This document shows positions 37,037 to 50,281 of a DNA stretch of 64,000 bases, in pieces (the first letter of the stretch is position 1; every line of letters starts with the position of its first letter). A program made the translations under genes and the position numbers. The DNA is from Glaucostegus cemiculus (lineage: Eukaryota), in NCBI GenBank assembly GCA_976551045.1, contig CDPCPM010000060.1:26412001-26476000 (forward strand), written 5' to 3'. The notes under the pieces were generated by a model. The model did no database searches. It saw only the letters and a program-made list of their open reading frames with translations, and was not told the DNA's origin.

Positions 37037-40000
37037 TTTGAACCAGAGCGGATGTTTAAATTCAAAATACAAGGCACCTCGATTTCAAGCCCTTGATCAC
37101 AGGCGTTATAATTCCGCGAGTCGGTGTTTGTTTAGAATTCACTTGCCATTTGGATTGACATATGCCAGTTGTGTACAATTACATTTCAGTGTCTGTTTAG
37201 TTGGGGGGATCATATAGTAGCGCAACAGCTCGTGGGGAACACCGTTCAACTCACAGCCACACTCGCGGCAAAAACATGGGAACATCGCAGCCCTACACCA
37301 GATCTTAACTCAGAACTGACCTGAGCGTTTCACTGACGCCAGACAGGTTCCTCGTGGTCTTTTCGAAGTACAAATCAAGCCATTTGTACTCGGCTGACGT
37401 GCATGAACATCAAATGCAAAATTAAAAAAAAACAAGTGCTAATGCATGGTGTTTATTTCTTATTAAAATAACAGTATTTATTAAATGCCAAAAAAATAAA
37501 CTTGCTTAGGAGCTGGGTAACGGTGTCCTACAATACCCCTTGTTCGAACGAATTATTCAAATAGGACGGCGTTTATCAAAGTTAACTCTAAAGGTATAAA
37601 TGTTGAACGATAATTGGGAGCAGCATTTTGTAACCGGACACCCTTTCTACCCCACTGTCACTCATCCTCCTATGTGCTTTCAGGTTCATATAAATTTCCT
37701 GCAACCACGATCCGGCTGCTAGTACTAAAATACCCAGTGTTGTCTGGTTGGCGGACCGGCGCTGAAAACGACATGTAATAAACGTTTTGTGAGACTCTTG
37801 GTGGGGGGGGGGAGGGGGTGTGCCTGATATTTAGACGTCCAAATCCTTGCAAATGACCGGTTCAAGCCAATACAAGTTTTAAACTGGAGTCCAGTACAGC
37901 GACTGCAACAATGTTAACTGTGAATGCTCGGGGACGCCTTGCCGCAAGATATGTTCCCCCATCCAGATGAACCCTCACCCAACCAATTGCAGCGACCCGG
38001 GCCAGTATCGCTTCAGACTGGTTTCCGATAGATTCACCGTATTTCATCTTTCGTTACCGTTATTGGGTTTTCTAATGGAGAGGACCCACGCAGAAAGTGC
38101 CCTGATTCTCATTGTGATTTCTAACACACCCTCTCTCTCTCTTCGTCTGTTTGAAATACCTACCGTGAATTACCGTGACATTCTAAAGCAAACGGATGGA
38201 TTCCCAAACCGAAAACAAACAGTAACTGTTTGCAGTCCTTTTTTGTTAAAGGTCAAGACTAAACGAGTCGGCGTAAAAGGAAAACTTATTTAAGGAACGC
38301 TTCGCATTCTGTTGCAATGTTCAAAGACTCTGCAATCCACGGTGCATTAATAGCATCTGCTGGACTGCTTTTCACCGTTATTCAGAATACACTTCTATTT
38401 AACATGACTATTACAGTATTTTGGTTTTTTTTCCAAAGGTAGTGGTGGGGTGGGATGTGGAATTACTTGTTTTATTTAACTGGAGGGATTTCGGAAATGC
38501 CCGATCCAGGAAGGAAGAGTCCAGTCAGATTCAGGGACGGGGGTGTTGATCGAGGGCTTGGGGGCTGTTATGGGGAAGGGGGGGGGTCATGCGGATTACT
38601 CTGCTGATGGCGTTAGTTCTTCCTTCAGTGCATTAAATCGGCTCTTTCATTTAGTTTAGATGCTGCCTGCTGGGCAATATAAAGGTGCAATGGCATGAAA
38701 TCTTAAAATGGATTTACTTTACGTTATCTCACCTGTCAGTGATGTGACTCCATTTTTCGTTGCAACCCAGGTCGCTCTCCATCACACCTTTTCCTTCAGT
38801 TCCAGCTTTCATGGCCATTCCGGCAAATCGGATTTAAATAACAAATCCTTCTGCTCTTGTGTCCAACCCAGTTGCTTCTCTGACACTTTTGCAATCGATT
38901 TTATCTCTGGCGGACCAGGTTCATGGTGTTGCTTAAACTGCGAGAATAGGCAGGTTAATTATTTAAATTTCTGTAGCGACTGCTGCACCTCACGTTAAGA
39001 ATGCCATAATTAAAGAGACAGCAGCTTCCTTCTGTTGGCCTAACTGAAAAAGCACGTCCGTGGTCACATTACATGGTCACGGACATCTTACGGAGCACCC
39101 CATAACTATAGCTTTCCTTGAAGTCGCCCAAGGAGTCGGTAATCTTGCAGAAATCCAGACCACATATTAATTTATTATTGGGCGTAATAATGGATAATAT
39201 TTAGCAACCTAAAATGAAAACGAAAATAAATCATGTTCTACAGGATGCTCTACAAAACAGGACATCCCGCGCAAAATGCAAATCGAATAGCTGGTGTTCT
39301 TGTCAGTGAAGTGACATCAAATAAAAACATGAAAAGAATACCTGAAGCATATTGCCTATTTACTGTAGTTGTGGTCTTATTAAATCAGCTAAATATGTTC
39401 TATATATTAAGGGTAACCTTGGACTAACTCAGCAGTTTGTGCATTAGGATAATGTTTTTAACAGGCGGGTTATAGAGCACATTTCTGTAGAATCGAGGGA
39501 AGGCAACTGTGTTCAAATATTTTATATTGTTGATGCTGCCAGAAATTCTCACCAAGTAAATACAATTAAACTCCACTCAACATAGCTGCACTGCATCCTC
39601 GGGGACCATGAAATGCATAAAACATTTGGCATCATGCACTCACGCTGCAAAGCAAAGTTCCATTCCTTGTGGACAGAACATGCCAAGATATAACTATTAT
39701 CTTATCGAAAGCCAAAATCTCCCCTTAGGAATTGTGTTTAAGTCTCAATGTAGCAAGCCTATTAATCATATGAATACATGGCGAAAGTATCAATACACCC
39801 AAGTGACTTCTCTCTGACGCGTTTGGGGTACCTCTGATGTCGAGGAGAGCGCCACATAAATGCAAACCTTTTTCATTGCATTAAACAAGGGCAAAATCGC
39901 CGCTGTAAATTACCCAGTTGCAACGTTCCTACGAGGGGCACGTGAACTAATCTTGCATATGCCTCTGGTGTTCTTGTGTTTTATCACCTTATGTAGCGAG

Positions 40001-40787
40001 GCACTAGTGTCAACTTGCTTAAAATGTCCCCAGGTCACACCTAAATGCTACTCTAACTCGGTGCGTGTCACTTGACACAAAAGAAGCCCAGATGAAGCAC
40101 CCATGTTTGGAACACCACATTAACTATAAGTCACCATCCGCTCCCTCTGACACCTTAACTACAGTTAAACAAAAAAAATAAACTCATCAAATGCTCATGA
40201 TGTAATCCTGCTCTTCGGCGACGGATCAGGCTGCACAGCTTGATTCACGGATGAGCTCGTTTTGAAGAGTTGTGTAGTTTGGAAAGGAAAAGGCAACACC
40301 TGGCTATTTTAGCTCCGTTTACCTTTGCCGAGAGACGGATAAGGGGACAGTACACCGTTTCCAGCCCCTCCTTCGAGAACCCTGGTCGGTTGCACGGTTT
40401 CAGCGCTCGCTTAATAGCAACGAGTCGGATCATTAGCGAAACACCTTTCCCCGACAGTTCCTCATATATATAAAAAAAACTATTGAAACATTATCCACCG
40501 ACTTCCTGACATACTGATCAACATATTGTTCCATCATATCTAGAGAAGGAGTAAACACCACTTGCTCTTATGTCCTTCCTGACATGGTAAACACACACAT
40601 TTATTTAAAAAAAACCATTGCTCCACTTAGCCCGACTTAAAACACAACCAAAATACCCTACCTTCTATAAAATAAGTGGACACGCAATGAGCAAAAGCTT
40701 CTCCACAGCCGAAATTAGAAAATGCATAGTGTCTTGTAACTAAAACAAAGGCAAAACACTAACCGGTTGCACAAATCCTATTTGAAT

Positions 40788-40959
40788 NNNNNNNNNNNNN
40801 NNNNNNNNNNNNNNNNNNNNNNNNNNNNNNNNNNNNNNNNNNNNNNNNNNNNNNNNNNNNNNNNNNNNNNNNNNNNNNNNNNNNNNNNNNNNNNNNNNNN
40901 NNNNNNNNNNNNNNNNNNNNNNNNNNNNNNNNNNNNNNNNNNNNNNNNNNNNNNNNNNN
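40788..40959. other. Assembly gap
   Basis: Run of N. Confidence 1.
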
Positions 40960-42849
40960 TATATTATTTACATCTGTGTGTGTATTTTATTTATATATAA
41001 AATATACATGTAATGTACTTTTAAATTTTATATAACATATACCCAAGTATATAGATTTATATATATATTTAAAAAGATCAGGAAAATGGCTTGTCTCACG
41101 GTAACATACCCTGATGGGTCATTTTTGTTCTCTAGTCCTTCAGTGCAACTTTGGTTGATGATCGAACTCACTCGGAATAGAGAGAGGGCAAAACGATGCA
41201 GGCGTGCAGATTATTTTCTTGGAATGTTTAGTTACGAGCGGTAAACCGTGGCTTGTGAGGGCAGATCCTAATCAATTATTTACTCTGCAAAATGTGTGTA
41301 AATAATGGCCTATCTGGAAATCAGTAAAACTATACTGGCGTTGAACGAGATGCCTGAGCGATTAAATGTTGGGTCAGACTGATAAAAATCGTTAAAGATG
41401 TGCAAATGCACCGATACACACCCATTAGACTAGTCATCGACGGGGCACACAAACACACACACATACACACACAGATACTTAGTTATTTAATTGTACATAT
41501 ATAAGAGCGCGTGTGTCTATCTGGAAGAATATATACATATATATATATTCTTCCAGATAGATATAATATGTATGTGCATGTGTATAGCGTGTATGAACAG
41601 ATGTACATGAAATCGCACATCAAAGGACGAACAGGCCACACGCTCAATGTCTGTATGGACACGTGTGTTTATGTTTTTATATGTTAACCAAATGACTCAG
41701 ATATTCCTTCCAGAATGATACCCAACTGCATAACGCTAAATGTCAAGGCATGGAATGAGAAAAGACCAGCAATTCTCGGAACTCTTTATCCAGAATCCCT
41801 GTATTTCATGATGTTCTGCAGAACAGAACGCGGATCATCAGTCACTTAGCAGCGCATTATATTAGACAGGAAGTGTGAGCCTTGATTTCATGTCGGTTGA
41901 CAAGTATTTAAGACATTTTCAGGGACTGTGTGGAGACGGTGTATTGGTAAAAGATGAAGGGTCAGGTAAGCTGTTTGAGGGCTTATACTTTCGATCTATT
42001 TCCATTGGGTTGAGGCTAGTTACCGTTTTAATGAAAGTATCCAGGCAGACGTAGAAAGTTGATTTTTCTACCTGACTGAACCCTTTCAATAAACAGAGCC
42101 GGGCGTCAATAGATCAATGTTTACTTTATTGGTGATTTCGAACTAAATCATGGAGAAACTGGCCGTAGAGCTGAGGTGGATGATAAATTATATAAAGCAA
42201 TTATTAGCCCTGGCGAATCTTTCCCCACTTAATGTCAAGCAGTGGGACTTAATTGCGTGAATAATTGTTATATGAAGACTGGTGTCTAATACTTCACACC
42301 AGATAAACATCACTTTCTTTCCCCCGTAGTACGTATGTACCACAAAATAAATCGGATGATGTATAAAGAGAAAGGAATCGGCTACTGAACACTTGCAGTA
42401 GTGATCGATTCTCATATGATAATTGCAATATTGAACTGTGCTAACATTTAATGTATTTATTGTAGAATTAGCTGTTTATATTTAGATATCAGATATGGAA
42501 TTTGGGTCATACGTTCACAATCATACATTTATAAAATGAGTCAATTATTTTGCCTCCTGTCCATCAACACCGATCTGACTCCGAAGTATGAAAAGTTTAT
42601 AGAGTCATTACTTGCAATGTTGCTTTAGGATAAACGGCCATATAAGGAAAATAGCACGGGGCCGCTCTTATCTTAAAGGGGGCATTATAAGTTTGGCACA
42701 AAAGAGTAATCAGCGTTCCCTGAGTGCTTCCGGTCTTTTCCATGTCTCACCCACGGGAGGAGGGGTGGGTGAGGGTGGGACAATCCCCAAACCGGGGAGC
42801 ATTTCCACTTAAAACGAGCCCGGCGTAAGTGCAGCCCCTGTGTTTGCAC

Positions 42850-42935
42850 AGGGTGTCATTACGTCACGCAGGCGCCTGGTCCAATCAGCGCCAAGCTGAC
42901 ACTGATATTAAGGGGGAAAGTTTGTGTTGAAGGAA
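42850..42935 (+). promoter_or_regulatory. PAX6: Pax6 promoter P0
   Basis: CRE-like TTACGTCA (42859), CCAAT (42881) and TATA-like ATATTAA (42905), followed by TGACATTTAAACTCTG as in recalled mammalian exon 0. Confidence 0.82.
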
Positions 42936-43091
42936 AAGCGACCCATGGTCCCGGTGACATTTAAACTCTGAGCGAGAGCCCGATGCGAAAAATAAGGCGA
43001 GAAAACCCTTCCTGATTCTTTCCAACTCACCCCACCGGAAGACAATGAAGACCTTTTGATCACCGCCTATACATCAGTGCCATTGATTCAG
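42936..43091 (+). other. PAX6: Pax6 non-coding exon 0 (approximate)
   Basis: Contains TGACATTTAAACTCTG. The nearest plausible donor cag|gtattg at 43091/43092 gives ~150 bp, similar to the mammalian exon. The 3' end is inferred. Confidence 0.6.
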
Positions 43092-46000
43092 GTATTGTGA
43101 CCCCTTCTGTCTCACCTCAACGCTACTCTCGGTCCTGTGCATTTTATAAGTACCTCCCCTATCTGTCCTCCTCTGTATGTGCTTTAGAAGCAAGTGTGCG
43201 TCTCTATCCTTTCGCCGCTCCTGATTTTAGAACCCCCTCTCCAACATATTTCTTGTTCAGTTCTGCGTGGGGTTTCTGTTGTCAGTTTTAACTCCTCTCC
43301 TGAGCCGGACTTTTGCAATTTTTTATTTTGTCTGCGTGTGGATGTTTCGATAGATTCGCGTTTTACAGGACCTATTGCGAGGGGCAGCGTGCCAATTTTA
43401 ATGACAGGAGGCGGATATAATTAAAATATGTAATGCTACAGGAAGCCAGGACCGTTCTGTTCGGGGAGGGGTTGGGTGAGAGGAAGGGAAGAGACTGGTT
43501 GTGGGGTTGCAGCGAAGTTGCTTTCAACATCTGTTAACAGGTGGCGCGGGGACGGCATGAACCTTAAATCTTGTCAATTCTTCCATGGTTCCCCATTCCC
43601 AGACTCTGGCACCCTTCCCTGAAATGACTGAGTGAAGGGACGTGAATGGGCGTCGGTATTCTTTTAGGAACAGCTAACTAATCTCTAAATTTAAGTAACG
43701 AAAGCCAAAGAATGCGCTTCACTCGCTTAACTAGAGATCTAATTCCTAGAGAGAAATAAAAGAATTGTTTGATCCCTTCGAACCGCTTGTAATTAACGGC
43801 ACTCAGGACCTCTGTCACACTCCAGTGCGTGATAGTGGTCCCTTAACTCGAGTGATCTTAAGCAGACCAACTGTGTGTATCAGTCGTGGTTTCACATCAA
43901 AAATGCATTCGGAAATGTAAAGGAAACTTCACAGAAGGTAAATCATTTTGTGCAGTTTAAGGAGAGGTTGCTAATTCTTCGCTGATTACCCCACGGTCGC
44001 TCGTTGTGGGAATCAAAATTAGACTTTAGCAACTCTTGAGTGAAATATAGTTGGGGTTAAAAAAAAGAGACAAACTTACCTTAAGTGGCTGCACTTTGCT
44101 TGCCGTGTTCATTTCAGTTCTGCCGGTGTAAGGATCATAAATCATTCAGAGAGATTTCCGAGGCTAGTCTTCTGGACACGGCTTGAACTAGGTGTTAGGT
44201 AAAAGTGCTACTGTACATGCGGCTCACCGGTAGTGGACCATACCTCGGTAATAAATCAAGCGTCCTGCATTACAGACCCTCCTCTCTAATTAGAGATGTT
44301 TATCTGAGATACTGTTTATCCAGCTGCCATTTCGAGATAGGCCTGTAACATAATTACCCTTAGTAGAAGCCCTTTGCCTGAATAACCAAAAGACTCTAAT
44401 ATACATTTAAACCTAATATGTTTCTTCGGGAATGTGCTCTGAAAGAGACTCTCTCGTTGACCTTTTGAGATAATTCCTGATCCAATATCCCTCCCTAGGT
44501 ATTAATAAAATGCGTAGATCTTCCATGTGCGATAAGATTCGGAGACTGATTAAACATTGGGAGGGTTTCATACCACAGCTATATTACATAGATTCTTTTT
44601 TTCCCCTCAATACTTGTGAAGCCTAGTATGAATGACACCAGAAAATTTACGTGCACAGAGAGGCGGCGAAGAGTCTCCAGAGTACAGGCTGAGGGGAGCA
44701 GGCGTTATCTCAGTTTGTGTCGGTATTATAGCTGGAAATATATTTTGTGTTCAATACACAGACAGGCATAAAGTATCCGCAAGGCACGGGTGTTGGGATA
44801 AGTTGTCAAAATCGTGCATCTCCACAATTTACCGAGTGGATCAGACAAGAGGACTTTAAGTATTCTGTGGATTGTGAAGTGAATTTGGTAGATTGGTTTG
44901 CTAATACAACGAGTCGAGGTCAGTTTTGGCACTAGTACGATTAAGTGATTTAGACTTCTTGAGGCTGCGGAGGAGCGCGGATCGGAGAGGGAGGGTTGTT
45001 ACAGTTAAAATGTTACTTCAACAACTTATTAGCTCTTCTGAAACCATATATTGTCAATGCGGCCTTAGGGGAGGAGGGTGTCTTCTCAATCTTCCGACTT
45101 TATAATAGACTCCAAAATTACAGAACTCTAGAGAGACTCAAAGTGGGATTGTCAGAAGACCTGTTCAAACGAATTGCACAGATAGTTTAATATAGTTTTT
45201 GACAAGATAATTTTTTTTTGGGGGGGGGGGGTTTGTGTAGTCTATGAGCTGACACCACCTCTGCCACTATGTCTACACAGATAAACGAAGCATGTTTTAT
45301 TATAATTACTTTAATTGGATGATTTTGTATATTATTTTCCAGCCAAAAGGTATTAATCGTAGTGCACTGTACCAACCTGCGTTAATGGTGACGATTAGTT
45401 TTATTAAACTGCAGGAGGAAGCTCCTGTTGTGGACCCCTGATTCTGTCATCTAATCCCTTGTTGATTTTTAAAAAATCAAAAAAAATCTCAACTACCACA
45501 AGAATTAATTCTATACAAATGACGAGAGCGACATACTTTGAAAGAGGGCGCGTTCATTCTTCCATACGTGTGTTGGCACTTGGCTTCTATTATGCATTCG
45601 GCGAAATTAAGAATCTAATTTTATTTATCGGACGGAGAAGAGATGTTCTACTCCAGCGATGCTAATAGTGGAACTTTCAGATCAGAGCCCGGCCTCACAA
45701 TGAACAATAATCCTCCCGCCGTTTAATGGTTTTCTCAAATTGAACAAAATTTATTTGAAACGTTGGTGTCATTTTTGTTTCAATCAAAAATCAGGCAAAC
45801 TTTAGTTCAAAGACTTTGGTTTGAAATTTTGGATGACGTCTGTTCCTGCTCCCTGATTTTACGAATTGTTCTCGTTGTCCTTTGCGTCACCTTTCTTGTT
45901 CTATTCTCTTCACTGGAGTTGGGAAACTAGGGAGAGCCTTTTAGGTTCATCGGTCTTAACAAGACAAGGAGTTTTTGACATGCTTCTTGTTCACAATTCT

Positions 46001-46583
46001 CTCCTTCCACTTACTCTCTTTAGGCAGCGCGTTTGACATTAAAAATTTAAAAGTGAACCTTTTTAAATTCGAGCCTACGGCCTAACAATTACAACAGTAA
46101 TCGTCGGCTGGGCGATCCTCCTTCTGCAAGTCGATGTCCCATCAAAAATAAAACAGAACTTCCGCTTGAGATTCCCACTTTAACTTTTATTTTAGAGCCA
46201 GTGGGCTTCACGTATCATTAAATCCCGCGCGCCGTCCTGATGATACCTTTCGGGTTGTTTTATTTAAGTGTCAATCTGGCGGTAACGTCGTTCAGGGAAG
46301 TGCAAGTTAATAGACTTTTTGCAACTGCATGGTCTCTCTTTGAAAATGCTGGGGAAGAGTCAGGTTCAGTAAAAATGGCGTCACTCCGTCTCTTCTACTA
46401 GACTCCAGAGAGGAGTGTGGGAGGGATTTTTTTTTCTTCAGGATCAAATCCCCCCACCCCCACAAACCCTCCCCCAACACCCCCACAGATAGGAAAGCTT
46501 TCGATCGGGTAATCTGCTAACTTTTTCTGTGAATTATTTTAGAGGGAGGAACTTATTCTGGGCAACAGCTATAGAGGGCCTGG

Positions 46584-46584
<1 letters not shown>

Positions 46585-46615
<31 letters not shown>
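46585..46615. repeat. (TG)n microsatellite
   Basis: Directly visible. Confidence 0.95.
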
Positions 46616-46618
<3 letters not shown>

Positions 46619-46699
46619 TCTATATATTGTTATTATTACAGCGATGGAGTTTTAAACGCTATACCAAAAGCAAGGAGGAAATCTACAGGCAGAACAATT

Positions 46700-46865
46700 G
46701 GAGATTTATTGTAATGATAAACCTTGGCTGATGTGCTTCCTCATTGGCTGCTCACGTCTATTCCCAACTCCTTGATAAATCTATGGCAGCCAATGTATCC
46801 CGGGCTCTGTTGGCGATGCGCTTTAATAAACCCCTTTCTCTCAGAGTATGACGTCAGTTGTATTC
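46700..46865. promoter_or_regulatory. Promoter-like element between P0 and P1
   Basis: Inverted CCAAT pair (CATTGGCTGC 46742, GCAGCCAATG 46787), GATAA sites and a perfect CRE TGACGTCA at 46849-46856. Confidence 0.5.
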
Positions 46866-48519
46866 AGCAGACTTCTCCCTCCGCATATTTTTTTTGTGTG
46901 GGTGTTGAGTGTGTTTAAAACTTTTTTTTTCGGGGCCCACAAAGAACACTTTGCCCCCGGGGGGAAATAGCGACAAGATTAAGGTCTTCTGGCCCGTATT
47001 AGTGCGTGTTAATCCCAACTGCGCTAATTGAGCTTGCAACGAAAGAGAGAGAGAGAAAAAAAATCACCATCGTCTCCTGCGGATTTTAGAAAGGCACCGA
47101 CTTTGCTTCTTCTAATTTTGTTTGTTGAGAAGAGACGCTTTTATTTCCCAACAAAATCCCTCATCCCCAACAAGTTTCAGAGAGACCCGAGCCGAAGAAC
47201 CGAGCATTTTATTAAACGTCAGCAATAAAAAAAAGTGGAGATTCATTTTAAATTGTCTTTAAAAAGAACGGCGGGGCGGATTCTCCCCTACAAATAATCA
47301 GAGTCTGACTAATGCACCATTGTTCGCAGCTAATTTGCAAAGATTTCGAAGCTATACTTTGCAGGAGCCGAACGACGAGAGACGGGTTTGTATTTCTCTT
47401 TCATTTTAACAAAAAGTCATGTGCATTTATTTTGTTGCGACTGTGGAGTTTATGTTTGAAGTCTTGTGCGAAAGTTGGAAGAGTTTTGAGTGTGTGCACT
47501 TCTCCCTGCTTCAGGAATAAATTACCAGCCCGACAAGTTCCTATGCGCTGTGGTCTGGCCCTCTCATTTCATCGCTGGTTATCCGCGGTTGGCTCATAAA
47601 TTGCTGCAGATTTGAATTGCAAAAGTTTATTTTTATGCAACTGTTTGTTCAACTCCTGCAATTAACCGCATCTGGTTCCAAAACTTTAATACACTCGGCT
47701 CTATCTCTCTCTCTCTCCCTTCCTCCGGGGTTAGTTAAGGCGAAATTCGAGCGATTCCTTGTGAGTCCGGCACCGGGCCGAGAGATATTAGTGCAACCGA
47801 AAGTGGAGCGTTTCTCCCGAGTGTAAAGCGGGTGCCGTACTCTTTTTTTTTGCTTAATAGAACAGGGAAGACTATCGACTTTAAGCAGTTGCAAACAGCC
47901 CCCTCCCACTTTCATCTCTCTCCTTCGACATTCGCTGTAACCACACCACGTTCCCATGCAAACTCCGCACAGCGTGACCTATAATTCTCCTTTATGTATA
48001 AAAAAACATTTTAAAAAAATTCCGCCCGCCCTCCCAGCTCACTTCCACTCTACAGATGACCAACACCTCAACAAAGGAGGGAGTTCAAAATATCACACTG
48101 CAATCCTGCAATATTGGTCTTAAGCTGGGGGAAAGATAGAACAGTGTTGGATCCATATTAAGAGAGTGGCAGATCTCGCCAGGACTCGAGATGACAGTGC
48201 ATGACGGTCTGGCTAGCTCATTATCCAGATCCCATTGAGACGTCCTTTTCAGACAGATGCAAAGTATTTGGCAGAGTCGTTTGTCTCCGCATTGTACTTT
48301 AGTTAGGAATGCAATGGTTGTCAGTGCCCTTATTCACTTTCAAGATACTTTATTGATGAGGTCTGACTTTTAGCACTTTTCACATGTCAAGAGAAGTCAA
48401 GTGTACGCGCCCACGACTTCATTTTATGCTTTGCGCGTTTCCAAGACCCCCGCCCTTTCCCTCTCCTGCTTGCTTGGTTTTTTTACACCCCTTTCTCTCG
48501 TTCTCCCTTACTCGCGTTT

Positions 48520-48541
48520 TCTCTCTCTCTCGCTCACACCA

Positions 48542-48573
<32 letters not shown>

Positions 48574-48574
48574 G
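48520..48574. repeat. Compound (CT)n/(CA)n microsatellite
   Basis: Directly visible, ~1.05 kb upstream of P1. Confidence 0.9.
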
Positions 48575-49599
48575 CTCTATTGCAATTGGATAAATAATGA
48601 AGACACCCTAAGCCGAAACTGGTGTTACCTCTGTAACCTCAAACCAGGCGCTGAGGGGTTGCTTTGGAGTTTACTGAGCTGTGCAGTAATGGTCGAGCAT
48701 TCAACAAATGTAGTTCTGGTGTGTGGTCACAGCGCCGAGTTCATTTACTTACTTTCTCTGAGATTTTTGGCAGCCAGTGAGGTGCCAACTGCCTATTGGA
48801 AATAATCAATTAAAATTAATAGATCTTGCGACGAACAGCTTCTAAAACAGGCGGCACACTTCTCTGTGTAGAATGTTAAATATGCTTGCCTCCCTCTCTC
48901 ACTCACTCAAACGTCGAGCATCTCCTTCAGAAAAGTTGAGGTTTAACTTATCACGAACACAGAAAAGCTAATAGCAGGCACAGAGCTAACAAAAGGGCGC
49001 GTGGGAGAGGTTTGTGAGTGTTTTCTCAAGGCCTATTAACCAGGGTCTCGAATCCACAAAGTAAATGTGTGTTTAATCAGTGCTGTCAAGGGGCCGGTTT
49101 CTCTAGTCCTTGCTTAGAACATTACCAGAGATAGGTATTTGTGAAAATTCATCATGAACCCAGATATACAGATTTACTTTTTTAAAGAAATACTGATTAA
49201 CAGTGTCCATGTTACATATACCCATAGTCAATTAACGTGATTAGTTTACAAAGGTCACCCTGATGTAAAGATGGAATCCTTTTAAATGAATTCTACCCAT
49301 TTAACAACCATGGTTGTCAAAGTGATTGGTTCCTGATATTTAATATCATTTCAGTCAACATTTAGCTCCCTCAAAACTTTCCCCCCTAAATGGAGAGAAG
49401 ACTTAAAATGTTCAATTCATCTAAAATAACTATGGGATTTGTCATTTGTGTGGTTTGTGTATTGATGGGCATTTCGTGTGCACACACACGACCATGATTT
49501 CACCGAATATTGTCACAAAACTTTTATACGCACGTACTATATCCATAGAACCTTCCCGTGTATCCGAGTGTGTGTCCGCCGTGCACGCCGTCCCCTTTG

Positions 49600-49841
49600 C
49601 TCTACATAAGGACATATTTATTCGTGTGCATTTGCATGTGGTGCAAAAAAAACCGCGTGGAATGATTAGTGGGTTTGAAAGAGTGCATTTCCCGCTCTGG
49701 AGAGGCGCAGGGAGGAAGTGTTTTGCTCGCCGATGATGACAAAGGTCACTCTTTGCTAATGGGCCATTGGAAGGCGAGGCGAGCGCACCTCCCGAATTCA
49801 GACATACATTAATACAACTAGCACAATCAGCAATCAGCTAG
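49600..49841 (+). promoter_or_regulatory. PAX6: Pax6 promoter P1 and non-coding exon 1
   Basis: The blocks GTGCATTTGCATGT (octamer 49630-49637), TGATTAGTGGGTTTGAAA, CATTTCCCGCTCTGG, GAGGAAGTGTTTTGCT, GCTAATGGGCCA and CAATCAGCTAG|gtgtg occur in the same order as in the recalled human P1/exon 1. TSS not determinable. Confidence 0.88.
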
Positions 49842-49847
49842 GTGTGT

Positions 49848-49879
<32 letters not shown>

Positions 49880-49927
49880 TCACGGCTACTCCCTTCTTAT
49901 CTCTCTCTTCTCTTCTCTCTCTCTCTC
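49848..49927. repeat. (CT)n tract in Pax6 intron 1
   Basis: Directly visible. Confidence 0.9.
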
Positions 49928-50010
49928 ATTTCTCCCCTTCCGCGTGCTTGAATAACTCCCCATCTCCTCCGTGACAGCAGCAGATTTCATTGTCCATCTC
50001 TGTCTCATTC

Positions 50011-50200
50011 NNNNNNNNNNNNNNNNNNNNNNNNNNNNNNNNNNNNNNNNNNNNNNNNNNNNNNNNNNNNNNNNNNNNNNNNNNNNNNNNNNNNNNNNNN
50101 NNNNNNNNNNNNNNNNNNNNNNNNNNNNNNNNNNNNNNNNNNNNNNNNNNNNNNNNNNNNNNNNNNNNNNNNNNNNNNNNNNNNNNNNNNNNNNNNNNNN
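50011..50200. other. Assembly gap covering the exon 2 acceptor and 5' part
   Basis: Run of N. Confidence 1.
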
Positions 50201-50281
50201 ACTGGCAAGGCTTAAAAAAGTCGCCCATCATCTTAACAGTTTGCAGGACATGTTGACAACGACGCGGAATGCCCTATGAAG
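50201..50281 (+). other. PAX6: Pax6 non-coding exon 2 (3' part; 5' part lost in assembly gap)
   Basis: Ends TGACAAC...ATGCCCTATGAAG|gtgagt, against recalled human TGACAAC...ATGCCTCATAAAG|gtgagt. Sequence just before the gap (ttcattgtccatctctgtctcattc) resembles the 3' end of human intron 1. Confidence 0.85.

Noticed and set aside
36554-37217. Several 70-190 aa Cys/Val- or His/Thr-rich ORFs
   Set aside because: Translations of the TG-rich low-complexity tract.
49926-50279. ORFs spanning N runs (also near 19.2 kb and 40.8 kb)
   Set aside because: Artefacts of assembly gaps.
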